The notes under the pieces were generated by a model. It did no database searches. It was not told the DNA's origin and saw nothing but the letters and a program-made list of their open reading frames with translations. The position numbers and the translations under genes were made by a program. Shown one piece after another: positions 63,086-64,000 of a DNA stretch of 64,000 nucleotides. Numbering within the stretch: the first letter of the stretch is position 1; each line of letters begins with the position of its first letter. Source of the stretch: Callorhinchus milii. Taxonomy: Eukaryota. Location: NCBI RefSeq assembly GCF_018977255.1, contig NW_024704754.1:14570001-14634000 (forward strand). Reading direction: 5' to 3'.

Positions 63086-64000
63086 TACTATCCGAACACA
63101 AGAGCCCAGAGCAAGGAAAAAAGCAGACAGTGGAAACTGTGTTTCATTGTGGCTCACTCTCTAACCCATCAAATGCCCTGAGAGAAGTCACTAACTCCAT
63201 GTAAACTGTGATGGCCTTCTGCCCCACCCTTCAAGATAACCTGGTCAACCTCAAGGAAGCAAATCCACTGTTCCACCTCATACCTAACTCCAACCCAATT
63301 CAATTCCACACCAGTGCAGACAGTTAGTCATATTTCTTGAAGGTACCAGGAAACTTCAAGTTACATAGAAGATTTATCAGTTCCTTAATCCTGCTCGGAA
63401 CCCAATAGTTATGCAGATTATTTTATAAAAGAAGTTGATCTGACAAAGTGTTGATTTCACAAAGTGTAAGTCGTCAAACCTAGACATTTAGTGCTGTAAT
63501 AGCTGAGGCAGTTAAACACCTGACTTGGGTTCTGGGAACAAATCTACTCATCCATTCACCCTTTCGAGGATATCAGAATGAATACCGTATCTTAAAATAA
63601 ATATCCCAAGGAGATAGCCTGACAAAGCCAGGCAGTCCTGAGCTAATCCAAGGAAGAATTGGAGGTGAGAATATGTCCTCAACCCTGAAAGCCCAAGCGC
63701 CAAAGGGTTGAGTGGTCCAAACAGAACTAATATTTTTGAGGAAATAAAATCTTTCCAATCACCTGAGGCACATATATTTTGTATCTCTGATGGTTAGCCC
63801 ATCAACACTAAGTATAATTTTAAGCATTTTAGACCTGAATCTGATCTCCTCACAAATATTCAACTCACTGAATATTTGTCTTTCGTCAGTCAATTGTCTG
63901 ACACATATGGAGACCCATGACCATGTTTAAGATTATCAAGATCAGACTGAATGTTCCACACACAAAAACATAATCCATATATACAGGCCACATCTCAAGA

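Noticed and set aside
1-64000. CRISPR-like or regularly spaced repeat array from the recurring ccttgcatttgatatag motif
   Set aside because: Copies are irregularly spaced, on both strands and variably decayed; they are SINE 3' ends. No cas-like ORFs are present.

Overview
This is AT-rich, non-coding vertebrate DNA, almost certainly from a cartilaginous fish and probably a holocephalan (elephant shark or chimaera). That call rests on the repeat content, which I matched from memory of the family consensus sequences, not by database search. There are many copies of a tRNA-Ala-headed, Deu-domain SINE with a (TTA)n tail, plus SacSINE1-like DeuSINEs, AmnSINE2-like relics, and many 5'-truncated L2 and CR1 LINE fragments. 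I recognise no host protein-coding gene, tRNA or rRNA gene, CRISPR array or prokaryotic system. The ORFs that look like real protein are LINE ORF2 debris. Between the repeats lie several 1-3 kb repeat-poor blocks rich in homeodomain, POU and Pbx-Hox motifs. These look like conserved non-coding elements in an intron or gene desert near a developmental gene (inference). The best directly visible oddities are: (1) a 28.8-30.8 kb rearrangement cluster containing a local duplication with empty and SINE-filled copies, a long hairpin, and a tail-less SINE piece apparently copied from its inverted neighbour between 14-bp direct repeats; (2) a 164-bp TA-flanked Tc1/mariner-type MITE; (3) an unclassified ~510-bp repeat family with a conserved stem-loop; (4) exchange of the 3' stem-loop between SINE and L2; (5) two pre-miRNA-sized hairpins, one of them the hairpin in (1). 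I cannot support a claim of a new biological system from this sequence alone. Repeat boundaries are approximate (about +/-20 bp) unless stated.
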